Made by a program: the position numbers and the translations under genes
Part shown: positions 25,176 through 37,342 of the stretch, in pieces
How the letters are laid out: every line of letters begins with the position of its first letter
Numbering within the stretch: the stretch's first letter is position 1
The notes under the pieces: model-generated
What the model was told of the DNA's origin: nothing
Databases searched by the model: none
Seen by the model: only the letters and a program-made list of their open reading frames with translations
Assembly (NCBI GenBank): GCA_965113315.1
Contig: OZ220372.1
Strand: one strand, 5' to 3'
From: Podarcis vaucheri
Taxonomy: Eukaryota
DNA length: 64,000 nt

Positions 25176-27347
25176 CTAGGTTAGTAACTGCACTAATCAA
25201 AGAGTTAGTGCTGCCATCAAATTTCTGCTATATTGACTGGGTGTCTCCTGTTATTCCCTCTGCCCCTTCTGATTCTGCTTCCCTTGGATAGCATTTGGCT
25301 CAAGAGACTTTTGGGATTAAAAAAAAAAACAGTTAAGGGGATAATATTATAGATCCCGATCTGTAGTTTATAGCCTCTTCCAAATTGCATTTAAGGCATA
25401 TGCATCCTCCTTTGTGACTGGGAGAAAGGAAATAAGACTTTTCTTCAGCAAAGGATACCTTTAAAAGGCAAATTAATCACTCATTTTTAAGTGCTGCTTG
25501 TAAAACCCACATTTGAAAAGCTGTTTGGGAGGTTTGGCATGAGAGTGACCCCAAAGAGGACTTACATTCCCACTGGCTCTTTCTGCTGAACATCCATGTG
25601 CCCTTTTAACCTTTTGAAGTTTCAGGCAGGGAACTGATGGAAAGGAAGCGCTGTCTTTCTCAAGGCTCCGATGTGTAGAGCTTCACCTTTTCAAGCTAGC
25701 TGCTCTCTTTCCAGAACAATTCCACATTTTCCACAGCCACCGTTCAACTTTGAAATGTATGGTTCCATCAAACGAACAGTGTTGCCTTAAAATGGGTTTA
25801 ATTTGCATCTGCCTTTTAAAAATGGGCAAATACACCAAACCGGTCTGCTTTTATGATGAAACTGGTTTCTGCCTGCCCCTTAAACATTCTCTTGGAATTG
25901 GTTGCAATGACCAATAAAGTCCAGTGATAATGAAGTCTGTGCCAAAATGCTGCCTTTAATAGGGCCAGTCCTTAAATATGCCTTCACTGGTTTTCCTGCC
26001 TAAAGCCTTAATTGAGGGGAAATGTGTGAAAGGTATGCCCAGGAGGAGATTTCAAACTGATCTCAGAAATTTGCAGGGTTGGGACTTAAAGCCACATAGG
26101 GTATGGGTGTTTAATCGGTGATCTATTCGTCTTCTGTGGCTCTGGTTATCTGCTTTGGGACAATAAAAATTGCTCCTTGCTCTCCCAATCAGATCAAAAG
26201 ACGATTGCTCCAGACAGAACCTTGTCACAAGCCCATGTGTTGAGCATTGCAAATAGTGTTCCCATTTATATTAACTTTCTTATTTTTCCAGACTGCGCTG
26301 ACGTCTTTATCAACGGAAAAGCATTAGCCAGCATTTTGGTTCTTTGACATTCTCTCAAATGACGTTCAGCCATCCGCCATCCTCATCTCTTTTTCTGAAA
26401 CATATTTTATCTTCTTAGGGAGTATATTTTTTTAAAGCCAGGCCTGACATTTTCCCCCTCTCTCTACCTGTTAGAGGCCGAAAGCAGTATATTTGAGCTC
26501 ACTAACAAGAGCACAAAATCCACAGCCACCTTTTCCCCATTGCTTTATTTTCCCTTCTGGACACGCTGGCATAAGTCTTCCTTTTGATCTTGCTTTATGC
26601 TGTAATAATGCCTTAGTCACAGTACCAAGAATTACTTATAATAACAATGAATCGAATGTTACTTGAAAAAGTCCTACAAAATTGGGGTTTTTATTTTTGG
26701 AATCTGTGAATGTTTATAATCAAAGAGTAAAGGGGAAATGTTTCTATTTTACAGCATATTTTTGTTTATATTTTACATCTTGACTTTGTCAGAAAAGCCT
26801 AGTTTTAATATTCGAGATACAGCTATTTAATTACAATAGATGATATGTAGTTTAGCCCTACTCAAGAGTAGACCCATTGAGATCGGTGGACTAATCTTGA
26901 ATGTTCTCCAATGTAGCAGGTCCATCTCTTCTACTAGGACTTTTATTTGTAACAGAACACGAACAGCATACCTAAGCACAACACTTTTATTCAAACGTTC
27001 TAATGCCCACATGTATCTCTAGGTCTGTTCGATTCAGATCTATTGTGCTTCAGGTCAGTTAGTAGTTTCAGATATGGTGTATTTGAGAAGTCTTAAAACA
27101 CCTCTTCTAAGAACTCATCCTAGCTTAGCAAAAGCAATCTGCAGATGGACGGAGGCTTCCAGTCCGAGGATCAGGTCCTTTGGGCACAAAAATTTGCAGT
27201 GCCGGATTGGAGTGGTGGCATCTGTCTACACCTAGGGTTGTGTGTGGAATGGACCATACCAGTTTGGGTCCAAGGGAGCACATTTGATAGGGCAGATGAT
27301 TGGTACTATCAGAGCTCAATATGCTCACCATCTTATGGCTCTAATTA

Positions 27348-27679
27348 CAGTGGTGCCTCGTAAGACGAAAAGAATCCGTTCTGTGATTCTCTTTGTCTAG
27401 CAGTTTTTTCGTCTTGTGAAGCAAGCCCATTGATGGATTAGCGGATTAGCGCTATTAGCGGCTTTTAGCGGCTTATCTGCTGATCGTATCAGCTGATAAG
27501 CGGCTTAGCGGCTTAGAAAAAGGAGGGGAGGGGAAAAAAACCAGGAACTCGCAAGACATTGTCGTCTTGCGAAGCAAACCCATAGGAAATTCGTTTTGCG
27601 AAGCACCTCCAAAACGGAAAACTCTTTCGTCTAGCGAGTTTTCCGTCTTGCGAGGCATTCGTCTTGCGGGGCACCACTG
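27348..27679. mobile_element. Tigger-like MITE
   Basis: TA TSD; TIRs CAGTGGTGCCTCG(T)AAGACGAA / TTCGTCTTGCGGGGCACCACTG; near-identical to 54893-55217. Confidence 0.9.
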
Positions 27680-27944
27680 TACCTGCTTTGGGACAATAAC
27701 ACTTATTTGTTGCTTGTCTGATTGAATCAGAAGGTGATTGCTCTAAACAGATGTTTGTCACAAACCATGCAGCCCGCTCTGGGATGATCTAAAGTAGCAC
27801 ATCGTTGTTACAAACACATCTTTGGAAAATAATGATAATTCTGGATTGTTGGTTAATTCTGTCTCTCCCTCTCCCGCCCTGGTTTATCCATATCTTCTAT
27901 TTTGTTCAACATTCAGGTAGATTTTGATTTGTCTCATAGTATGA

Positions 27945-28073
27945 CAGAATGGTATAGAAGGGACCACTTGGGTCATCTAGTCCAACCCCCCTGCAATACA
28001 TGAATATTTTACCCAACTTGGGGCTCAAACCCACAACCTGAGATTAAGAGTCCCATGCCCTACTGATTTAGCT
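27945..28073 (-). mobile_element. tRNA-head / CR1-tail SINE, decayed
   Basis: Homologous to 44180-44315. Confidence 0.6.
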
Positions 28074-30530
28074 AAGTAGAAAATATTCATTTATTTTCTG
28101 TTATACATTCTCTCCCCCCCTTAAGTTATTAAGCATGAGTAAATAGGGTGAGTTCTTAGGAACTTAATAAAAACAAGTAGCCTTGCTTGTTATATGTGCA
28201 CCAGACTTAATTTCCATAACTTTTATTGTCCTGTGAATTATAGTGAAAGCACTGTCACAAGCAAAATGAGAGCAGGAGATCATGTAGAATTTATTTTGAA
28301 GGAAGCTCACATTAGGAATGGGAAGTCAATATGTTTTTAAGGTCTAAGACCACTGAGGGAAATGCCAAGGAAACAGGTTATGATTGATGCCCACCATTAG
28401 TAACGATGAGGTGTTGTTGTTGAGAATTCTATAAAGATTAAAGAACATTAAGCGGGTTTGGAATGTATTCAGTAAATATACCAAAATAGTAGACTCTGTC
28501 CCATTCAACATAGAAGGCTTTGTACAAGAATGCATTCCAACTCAGACATAGAGCAGCTCGCCTATATAGGACAAAAAAGAGGGATCTCAAAGCAGGCATT
28601 GGGAAAGAGTTGCCAACTTAGTGCAAGTAGGTACCAGTTCATCCTCCAGTACTTCCTATGGTGACCTCAGAAATCCACAAGACACCAGAAACTGTTGGCT
28701 GTTTTTGCTCTGTTCCTGTTTGCACTGGCTCGGCCCTTCCTATATTGAACATGCCCCTTTAAACATGGTCCTGTAAACATTCCCACGTTTCATTGGATGC
28801 CAGGACAACCCACTCTCCCATCTGTTCAGAACAGAAATGGTGTACAAATTCTTTGCGAGTGAGTGCAGTAGTAGCTGATGCAGATCCCCTTTTCACCATT
28901 GAATGCCCTTACCATTTTCTGGTCCCACGTCTCAGAGATGTGGCATCCATTATGCCATGTCCCCACAGTAGCCATTTGTGCCTGCTGCCCATGGCACCTT
29001 CTCAAAACTCCAAGAATGCCCAGTGGCCCTGAAAGCTTGGTGGCTCCTGGTTGAGAAATTTACAGACTGCATATAAGCATATAGCCAACATACATGCCAA
29101 GCATTGTGCACCAAGAAGAACTGTGTTGGCTTAAAATAGGGGTGGCATCACATTTCAGAATTGGATGGATTCAGAAGAATGTGCCCATTTAAAAATAAAT
29201 AAAGGAGCACCATTAATTACAGCGGAAGCCCATATTTGGCCTGATGGTTGTTTGGACTCCAGCTTCCAATTTCCCTCTCCCCTTTCTGAAATTTACCTAC
29301 TGGGAGATCGTTTCAAGGCATGTCAAAGGGCCAGCTTTAACTTCCCAGTGTCTCTAAGCAACATTATGTACCTAATGAGCATGCTTCTGGATCCGTTGCT
29401 TCTGGATCTGTGAGTTTTTATTTTGACGTCTTCTCAGCTCACTCAATTCAGATTGGAGGAATTCAAATTAATTCTCAGCGGCAGTAGAAGGGGGGTGAAG
29501 AGTGTCCATTGTGTCACCAGTAATCATGGGGACCTAAAAGCTGAACTGTCCACCAACCCCAGCTTGGACTTTGAAAGGCTAGACTTGTTTTTGAGCTAGG
29601 TCCAGGGCGACAAGGTATGTTCACCCAGTACTAGCTCAAAACGAGTGATTCAGAAGTTACTGCAACTTTGGTTGCATTCTATAGATATGAGCCCATGGAT
29701 GTTTTTGTACATCTTCCGTTTGACTTGGTGGCCCTTCATAGGAGAAGCTCCCAGTGGACTGTGCCCGTGGTTATCGCTAAATGTCAAATGTGTTTCCTTA
29801 AAACTTCTAGAAGCGTGAGAGAAGCATCAATGAAATCAGTATTTGAAAAATTAATGTGAAGATAAATTATCTGAGTAGCACTTTAATCAATTGATTTGTG
29901 CGTTTTTCTTTCTTTTGCCTCTTTTCTGGATGTGCATCAGGCCAGAAGCAGCGAGGCTACAATATGTGTTTTATGGGGTTTTTTAATTATTAAAACGTGT
30001 GTTATTGCGGGTAACTTTGACAGCTTAAATGTAGCTACTGATGACAAAATAATCCTGAATTATTCTTTGGATTTAAACAAGTCACTTTTTTTTCTTGCAA
30101 AATTGTTGTTTTCTATAAATAGCCTTGTGTACAGCTACCATTTGGTGTAACCTAGAATGGTTTCAGTTGAAATAATGTTTTCAAGGTAAGAAGTCAGCAA
30201 AGTATATTCTTCTCGGTAAAAATGGCTCCAGTACTGGAGAGCAAATTATTTAAAGGTAATTACATAGATTTAAAAATAAGAAAAATATTGGGGAGTTATT
30301 TATTTTGTGTATTTTCATATAGAGAAAGGTTTTTAATGTGCCAATAATAATCACTGTGGTGTTTTGTAACAAAGTGCTAATGTTGTTCCAAGTACTGTAT
30401 ATGAAAATATTTTAGCCAACAGATTTGTTAGTACAATATGAAAACATATTTCCTAATCTGACTTGCATCTCTTGAAATCAAAGCAGTTAAAATTAGTGTA
30501 AGAAACTAGTTTCTATAAATTTTTGTATGT

Positions 30531-30536
30531 AATAAA
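30531..30536 (+). promoter_or_regulatory. Candidate SLC2A13 polyadenylation signal (others at 31289, 31302, 31337)
   Basis: AATAAA immediately preceded by TGTATGT(A) (UGUA-type elements) in an AT-rich, TE-free block. Confidence 0.35.
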
Positions 30537-33500
30537 TATAAACTATATTACATTCAGGAACTGGGCATGTGTAACTATAAAGCTTTACATATAAATATAT
30601 AATGTTGGAGTACATATATTCTTTGGGTCTTTTCCAAATGGATGTTGACATTTTATTTTATTTTATGTAACATACCAAAGAAGGGAAGTAGATGTTTTCT
30701 ACTTCAAGGGTCACATGGATTGTTATAAAAGAGAAAAAAATCTGTATTAGAGCCTCTGTCCTGGAACATGTTTAAGTACATGATTGGTACTGGACTGTAT
30801 TGTTTTATGTTTGTTTTTTAAAGTTCCCGGCACTTAGAAACCTAGATGTCAGAGATTATCTTTTTATGGAAGAAAATTTAGTTATACATTTGTCTCACCT
30901 CTCCTGCTGCAGAATATTCAGTCATATTTCTCCCATATCTCTCCACCGATCCGCCGCCCAAGTCTGAAGTGGCGTCCAAAAGCAGTTATGCCTCAACACA
31001 AGCATTTGTTTCCACATGCTGGTGATTTTTAGGCAAACACCTCGCCGTGTGAAATTTGGGTGGTGAAATAACACGTGAGGAATTCTGCCTGTCACATCAG
31101 AAAGGCATGTATTGAATCAGTCATCCTCCTCTCCCTCCACATTCAACATAACGCCGTTTTGTCGCTCAACCAACCAAGCCTATAATGTATAAAAAGTGGT
31201 GTAAATTTTATGACAATGTAGTGCTACACAGCTGAATGTTTTTATGTTCAAATTACCCTCCTGAAAGTTCAGTGTCTCTCTACATAAGAATAAATATCTT
31301 TATTAAAGAATTGTCTGACAATTGTAAATGAACAAAAATAAAGGTGAGGCACTTGATTACAAAACCTTTCTTGGGGTTTTATTTGTACTTGACAGAGTTT
31401 GAAAGAACACTGTCAAGAAACTGCTGTGAGAGAACCTAATAAGGAATTGTGTGAATATATTTTGCAAAATGACACCTACCTCTCCTAAGTGGTAGTAAAA
31501 TTCATAGGAGGCCAAACTCCTGAAGTCTTGCTGAATGATGCTGCATAAAAGTTCTAATTCCAATATGATGTCAACCAGTCTCAGATTTTGCCTTCATTCA
31601 GCAAGCTTTAAACAGTCATACCCAGGAAAATGGGGCTATGGGCTCCTTGAGTTGTAAACTTTCCTTCAGTGAACACCCTTAACTTTAGAGCCCAGGGTAA
31701 CTTAGCTATGGTCTGAAACTAACTTTTTCTCTGCTCCAAAACAACCCCAAAAAGAGACCCCTTTTCATGTGAAAAGGTCACTTTTGAAGCACTTTTTGAT
31801 TTTATGGCAATTAAACTGATAAATGTCAAGACACGTCATAAAATCCATAGTGATCTATGTAGCATTTGGTCATTTGTTAACTTTGACCTATTAAAGGCTG
31901 CCTTTAGTGTCAAAGGTTAACACTATGCTTCGATTAAAACCACCCACAAATTGTGACTGTGAAAAGCAAAATACTCTGCTTTTTAAGGCAGCTGGTATAG
32001 AATTCGAATGTCTATTTATTTATTTTTTAACAACCGCCTTAGCTAGGAAGTTTTCTCTACTCAGACACCCACCTAGACTTGGCAGCAAAACTTTAAAATT
32101 GCAAATGGGTATCTGAGGCCTACAGCTGTGTATGCTAATTTGGACAAGAAATGGCATTTCTCATATAATCCTCAGATCTTTACCCAGAAGGCAGCAAGTT
32201 TTAATGTCGTCATATGGTAAAACATTAGGCCTCCCTCTTGTTTCTCAAGGCATACCGTAAAGTGAGCACAAGTGGAACTAAAATACCTATGTGAAAACTG
32301 CATGAAGATATTGCTGAGAAGCGATCCTTCTTAATAGCGTCGAGATCCAAAGGCTGAGGGTTTGGCCATGACGATGATTTTTATTTTGATCTGCCGGGAG
32401 GTCGTGGCCATGCAGACTGCTTTTCAAGGTTTGCCATGAGGAAGATCTGCACGAAGAACTTGAGATCCAACGCTTTCTGGGTGTGCGGAAAGTGGTGGCA
32501 CAGCTCTTTGGATCCAGGCCTCAATTTAAAGATAATAACTGCCCGTCCTGCTGATCTGCGGTCTAAACGCAGTAGACTTGATGATTTTGCATCTTCCCTG
32601 AATGCCACCGATGCAAGATGACAGCGAAACCTTTTTCTGCGTGGGCGCGAGTACCGCTTCCCCTCCTGCTATTCCCTGGTGCTTTGACGCAATCCTGCCT
32701 AATGAATTTGCCGGGGAGAGGTGGGGGGGGTATGTTGTGTGCTGTGTAGTGGCATCAAAGCAAAGTCACAAGTCAGCAGCACCTGCCGCTTGCTTATTAC
32801 TTGGAAAAGACGGGAGTCGTCAGAGATAACATAAAAGTAGCCGCAACGGAGTAAGCAATTTTCTTATGAGCTAGAGAGGAAGATGGCTTATGCCCCCTGC
32901 TTGATAGCTTTTAAATAAAACTTCCCTGTGGGGTCAGAAATCATTACTACCTATCTGATTTGTTGGGAAAATGCGAAAGCTTTAGATCTGGAGATGCAGA
33001 GCCCGAATGAGATTCCAAAGAGTGATTGTCTGCGACGATTCTGCTCCACTGGCTTCATTCTATATCAACAGGATTTTAAAAAATTTGCTATTTACATATG
33101 CTTATGGTGAGCAAGCAGGCATTTCGGCAGAATGCAGCTGCTGCCGCAAAATTCAGATTAATCTGGACAAGGGTATGCATAGTCAGGAGACTCAGGTATC
33201 CTAGGAAACAGCAGCTGGAATTTCCGTTGCCTTCATATAGGCTCTACAGTTGATGTCTCCTTGTGGATGGGCGTGCATCAATAACATGAATGAAGTGGGT
33301 TGGTGACTTCGGTTACGCGATGCCACGTACAGCGTGGTCACGGACGCCAGATTCCATGTGACAATCAGCCTTTTTTCTCTGCAATGTGCATCACTGGTGA
33401 GAACATTGATCAAGGGTGACCTTATGAGGTCACTGAGGTCTACCCTTCTGACTGTTCGTAGGGCTACTTCGCATATTATCCAACATGAACATATTTATCT

Positions 33501-33546
33501 AGCAGAGACGCACTACTAATCACAGTTTCTTGGAATATGGAAATGT

Positions 33547-33799
33547 GCAGAGGGCCTTCTCAGTGGTGGCGCCTGGTCTGTGGAACGCCTTCCCATCAGA
33601 TGTCCAGGAAATAAACAACTCTCTGACTTTTAGAAGGCATCTGAAGGCAACCCTGTAGAGGGAAGTATTTAAACGTTTGACGTCTTACTGCGTTTGATGT
33701 TTTAATTTGCTGGAGGCTGCCCAGGGTGGCAGGGGCAGCCCAATCAGATGGGTGGCATATAAATGAATTCTTGCTATTATTGTTGTTATTAATATTATT
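33547..33799 (+). mobile_element. L2 LINE 3' fragment
   Basis: Similar to the 3' end of the L2 at 37343-38157. Confidence 0.8.
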
Positions 33800-34797
33800 A
33801 GCCAGTGTAATACATACAACTTCAAACTGCTTCCCAGTGAAGAAAAGTAGTATTTAAATATGGAACAACATAACCGAGCACTGGTCGCTTTTACTCAAAT
33901 GGTGTCTTGCATACATTTTGAAATAATTGTTGTATAAATAGCATTGTCAACGGCACAGCAAAAATCCCCGCCCCAAGCAATTTACAATCTTGGTCTGCAA
34001 TCCTAAATGCACTTACCAGGGAGAATGCCTCGTTGAACTCAGGACGACTTACTCCTGAGTAAACGTGCTTAGGATTGCACGAAAGGCTATGCTAAAACCC
34101 TTCATAAGATTGCTAGCCCTCTATATGAGCAGGTGGATTTTTGAAGGTAACTGTGATGGGACCACTTTATGAAACATTACTGGGAAAGAATAACTATTAA
34201 AGGTTGGATGTTGATTCTGGACCATGTGGCCATATTTGCTTGGCAGTACTATTAATTCTGTTGGAACTGACTCCTTTTTGGCAAAGGTTTGAAGGCCCCT
34301 TTTGAGGTGACGGATGTAGCTGACAAAGGAGCCTGTGTGGAATGCAGCCTGGAAATCAAATCCTCTTGCAAGCAAATTGAGTTTTGGAAATGGTTATTTA
34401 GTTAGTTAGCTTCCTGCTGGAGAATCAGTGTATGTATCTGCACAACTGGACCTTGCCCTTTCCAAATGCATTAGATTTCATAGTGAGGTATCAAAATCCC
34501 AAAGGAGCAGAAAATCCTATTTATGTATGCAACCACAGCTGTGCAGATGTTATTGGTCAAGAGATGGAAAGAGGACAAAGAATAGCAGATTAAGTTGATG
34601 GATTATGCCAAAATGGCAAAAATGACAGGAAGAGTCAGAAATCAGGAAGACCAAAATTTAAATAAGGAATAGGGAAAATTTATAATTTACCTTAAAAACC
34701 ATTGTAAACAGTTGAAATCATTAGTAGGATTGGTCTAACACTTGTAGTTTAATGGTGAATTTTGGATATAATGGAGATGTAAAAGATTTGGATTATT

Positions 34798-35852
34798 TTG
34801 TATTTATTTTTTTTAACTGTTTTATTAAATTTGCTTAGTAACGTAACATTATTATATATATTCTATAAACAAAGAATACAAAACACAATTCATTCATACT
34901 ACAATGCATACCTACATAGCATTAATATATATGGTTTCTGAAAAAGGGTTTACATAACAAAATCCATTCAAAATACCATCCGGTTTAACTTTTCTTCTTT
35001 TTTCCTTTCCCCCCTCCCTCCCCCCTCCAACCCTCCCCTCTCCGCCCCCTGTCAGGCCTTCCTTCTTCATATCTTTATCCATGTACACAGTCTGTTCATT
35101 CGAGCTTGTATGTTAGGGTTGGCTTCCCCTCTTTCTATCCAGTTCCTATAAAAAGCCCATTTATTTGTGATTCATAGAATCATAGAGTTGGAAGAGACCA
35201 CAAGGGCCATTGAGTCCAACCCCCTGCCAAGCAGGAAACACCATCAGAGCACTCCTGACATATGGTTGTCAAGCCTCTGCTTAAAGACCTCCAAAGTAGG
35301 AGACTCCACCACACTCCTTGGCAGCAAATTCCACTGTCGAACAGCTCTTACTGTCAGGAAGTTCTTCCTAATGTTTAGGTGGAATCTTCTTTCTTGTAGT
35401 TTGGATCCATTGCTCCGTGTCCGCTTCTCTGGAGCAGCAGAAAACAACCTTTCTCCCTCCTCTATGTGACATCCTTTTATATATTTGAACATGGCTATCA
35501 TATCACCCCTTAACCTCCTCTTCTCCAGGCTAAACATGCCCAGCTCCCTTAGCCGTTCCTCATAAGGCATCGTTTCCAGGTCTTTGACCATTTTGGTTGC
35601 CCTCCTCTGGACACGTTCCAGTTTGTCAGTGTCCTTCTTGAACTGTGGTGCCCAGAACTGGACACAGTACTCCAGGTGAGGTCTGACCAGAGCAGAATAC
35701 AGTGGCACTATTACTTCCCTTGATTCTTTGGCATTTGTTTTCCCATCTATCCTCTACAACTATCTGTGCAAATATTTCTGATTGTACGTATTCAAAAACA
35801 TAATCATTCCATTTTTCCATATTCCATTTGGCCTTTTCTTTCCATCCCCCAA
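34798..35852 (-). mobile_element. 5'-truncated L1-like LINE of a different family (middle element)
   Basis: Perfect 17-bp TSD AAAAGATTTGGATTATT (34781-34797 / 35853-35869); AATAAA and A-tail on -. Confidence 0.8.
35174..35724 (-). mobile_element. CR1 LINE 3' fragment (inner element)
   Basis: ORF 35244-35708 nearly identical to 3166-3699; TSD TGATTC (35168-35173 / 35721-35726). Confidence 0.95.
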
Positions 35853-37342
35853 AAAAGATTTGGATTATTATAAAAGATGCAGGAGGAAATGATTAATAAT
35901 AGGACCCACAAAGGAGAGGAGGGAAGTCCTGGATATTCTTTGGAAGCTTGTCTTTATGTTGTATGTTGGATATGTGAATGTAAAAATCTAATTTGAAAAA
36001 CCAAATAAATATTTTTTAATAATAAAAATCATAGTGAGATATAAGCAGCTGAAGAACGATGAAAAGAGTTTTTCCATTAAAACCCTGCAGTACAGAATTC
36101 AGAGAACAGGTACCTAATTGAAACTACAAACAGCACAAACAAGCCTAGGATCACAGGTTTCTAAAAGGAAACATTTATTCTTGTGAAGTATCCTTATGCT
36201 GGGCCAAACAGCTGTTACCCTGCATATGGAATTTCCATGCTTGGTCATGGTGCCTAGTTGATAAATTCATTTCTATGACCAGAAAGCCAGCTTGGCAGGT
36301 ATGATCCTCTACATTAAGAAACTTGCTCTGGCTCCTGGTAACCATGACTACAATAGTACAGCCAAAATGCAAATGAGATCATGTGATTAGGATTTCCTTG
36401 AGCTTTAGCCTTGCCCATATATAACCAGCTTGATAGCTTAGCGCTGACTAAAGTAAGAGCATATCTGTATCTATCATCTATCTATCTATCTATCATCATC
36501 TGTCTATCTATGAGATAACATATGGTCAATGAAGATGCATGATCTCCTATCAGAAATCAGCTGCGCTAATTAGAACTATGCTTGAAAGGTTTCTCATGTG
36601 AAAGTTACTCTGGGCTGAACTTGTCTTCCAGCCTCTAAATCCCACAAGGGTGAGACAAATACAGCGTAGAATGTTTACTAATCTTCAGTCCATGGGGCCT
36701 TTTGAAGTTGGATTTTGAATGATTTACACATTAAGTTTTCAAGTTCTTTTAGCATGCACTCCAACAGAGTGAAAAGATCAAAGTAGGTAGCGATTGTTGC
36801 ACCACAGATTATATTAAAATACATTATAAAATATAGGTAGTGTGGTTTATAAGGGCGTGTTCTTTGTGCCCTCCTTCAACCAAGTGAGACGTTCAATGGA
36901 AATGGTATTTTGGGACTGAGAGCCTGTCAGGGAACCTGTTACTGTTTTGCAGTGATGCACTGAAAACCAGCTGTCTCTTGAAGGGGGTGCATTCCTAAAT
37001 ATTTTCCATGATGAACTGCCAAAGCACTCTTGAAATGACTTAGCTATGTGGGGACTGTGCCCTGATGAAAATGTGTTTTGATTTATGTCGAGGCTGAGAA
37101 GAGAATGGATGAGCAACAGCAGTGAATCCATGTCGCAGTGCCCCGAGGTGAATTCAAAGACTGCACAAACATACACAACCAATAGATCTAAAAAGGCTTT
37201 CCTCTTCCTGTATCTGTTTTATGCAGCTTCAGCCAGTGCCACCATAGAATACCTTGTATTCTGTAACATTTGCATGGCAGGAAGAGAATACACAGGTACA
37301 GCATCTCATGTTGCACTTACAGGATGGGAAACACTTCATTTT

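Larger units (their letters stand above)
34492..36028 (+). mobile_element. 5'-truncated L1 (outer element of a triple nest)
   Basis: KIPKEQKILFMYATTAVQMLLVKRWK is homologous to ORF 58818; AATAAA and A-rich end; 14-bp TSD TCATAGTGAG(G/A)TAT (34478-34491 / 36029-36042). Confidence 0.85.

Noticed and set aside
32381-32608. Faint resemblance of the - strand ORF to a Mab-21/cGAS-like helical region
   Set aside because: Only a vague pattern, with no diagnostic motif or splice support; needs a profile search.
36847-37182. 111-aa ORF as an extra REDIC1 3' exon
   Set aside because: REDIC1 already ends at 41108 with a conserved C-terminus and polyA signals; no homology recognised.
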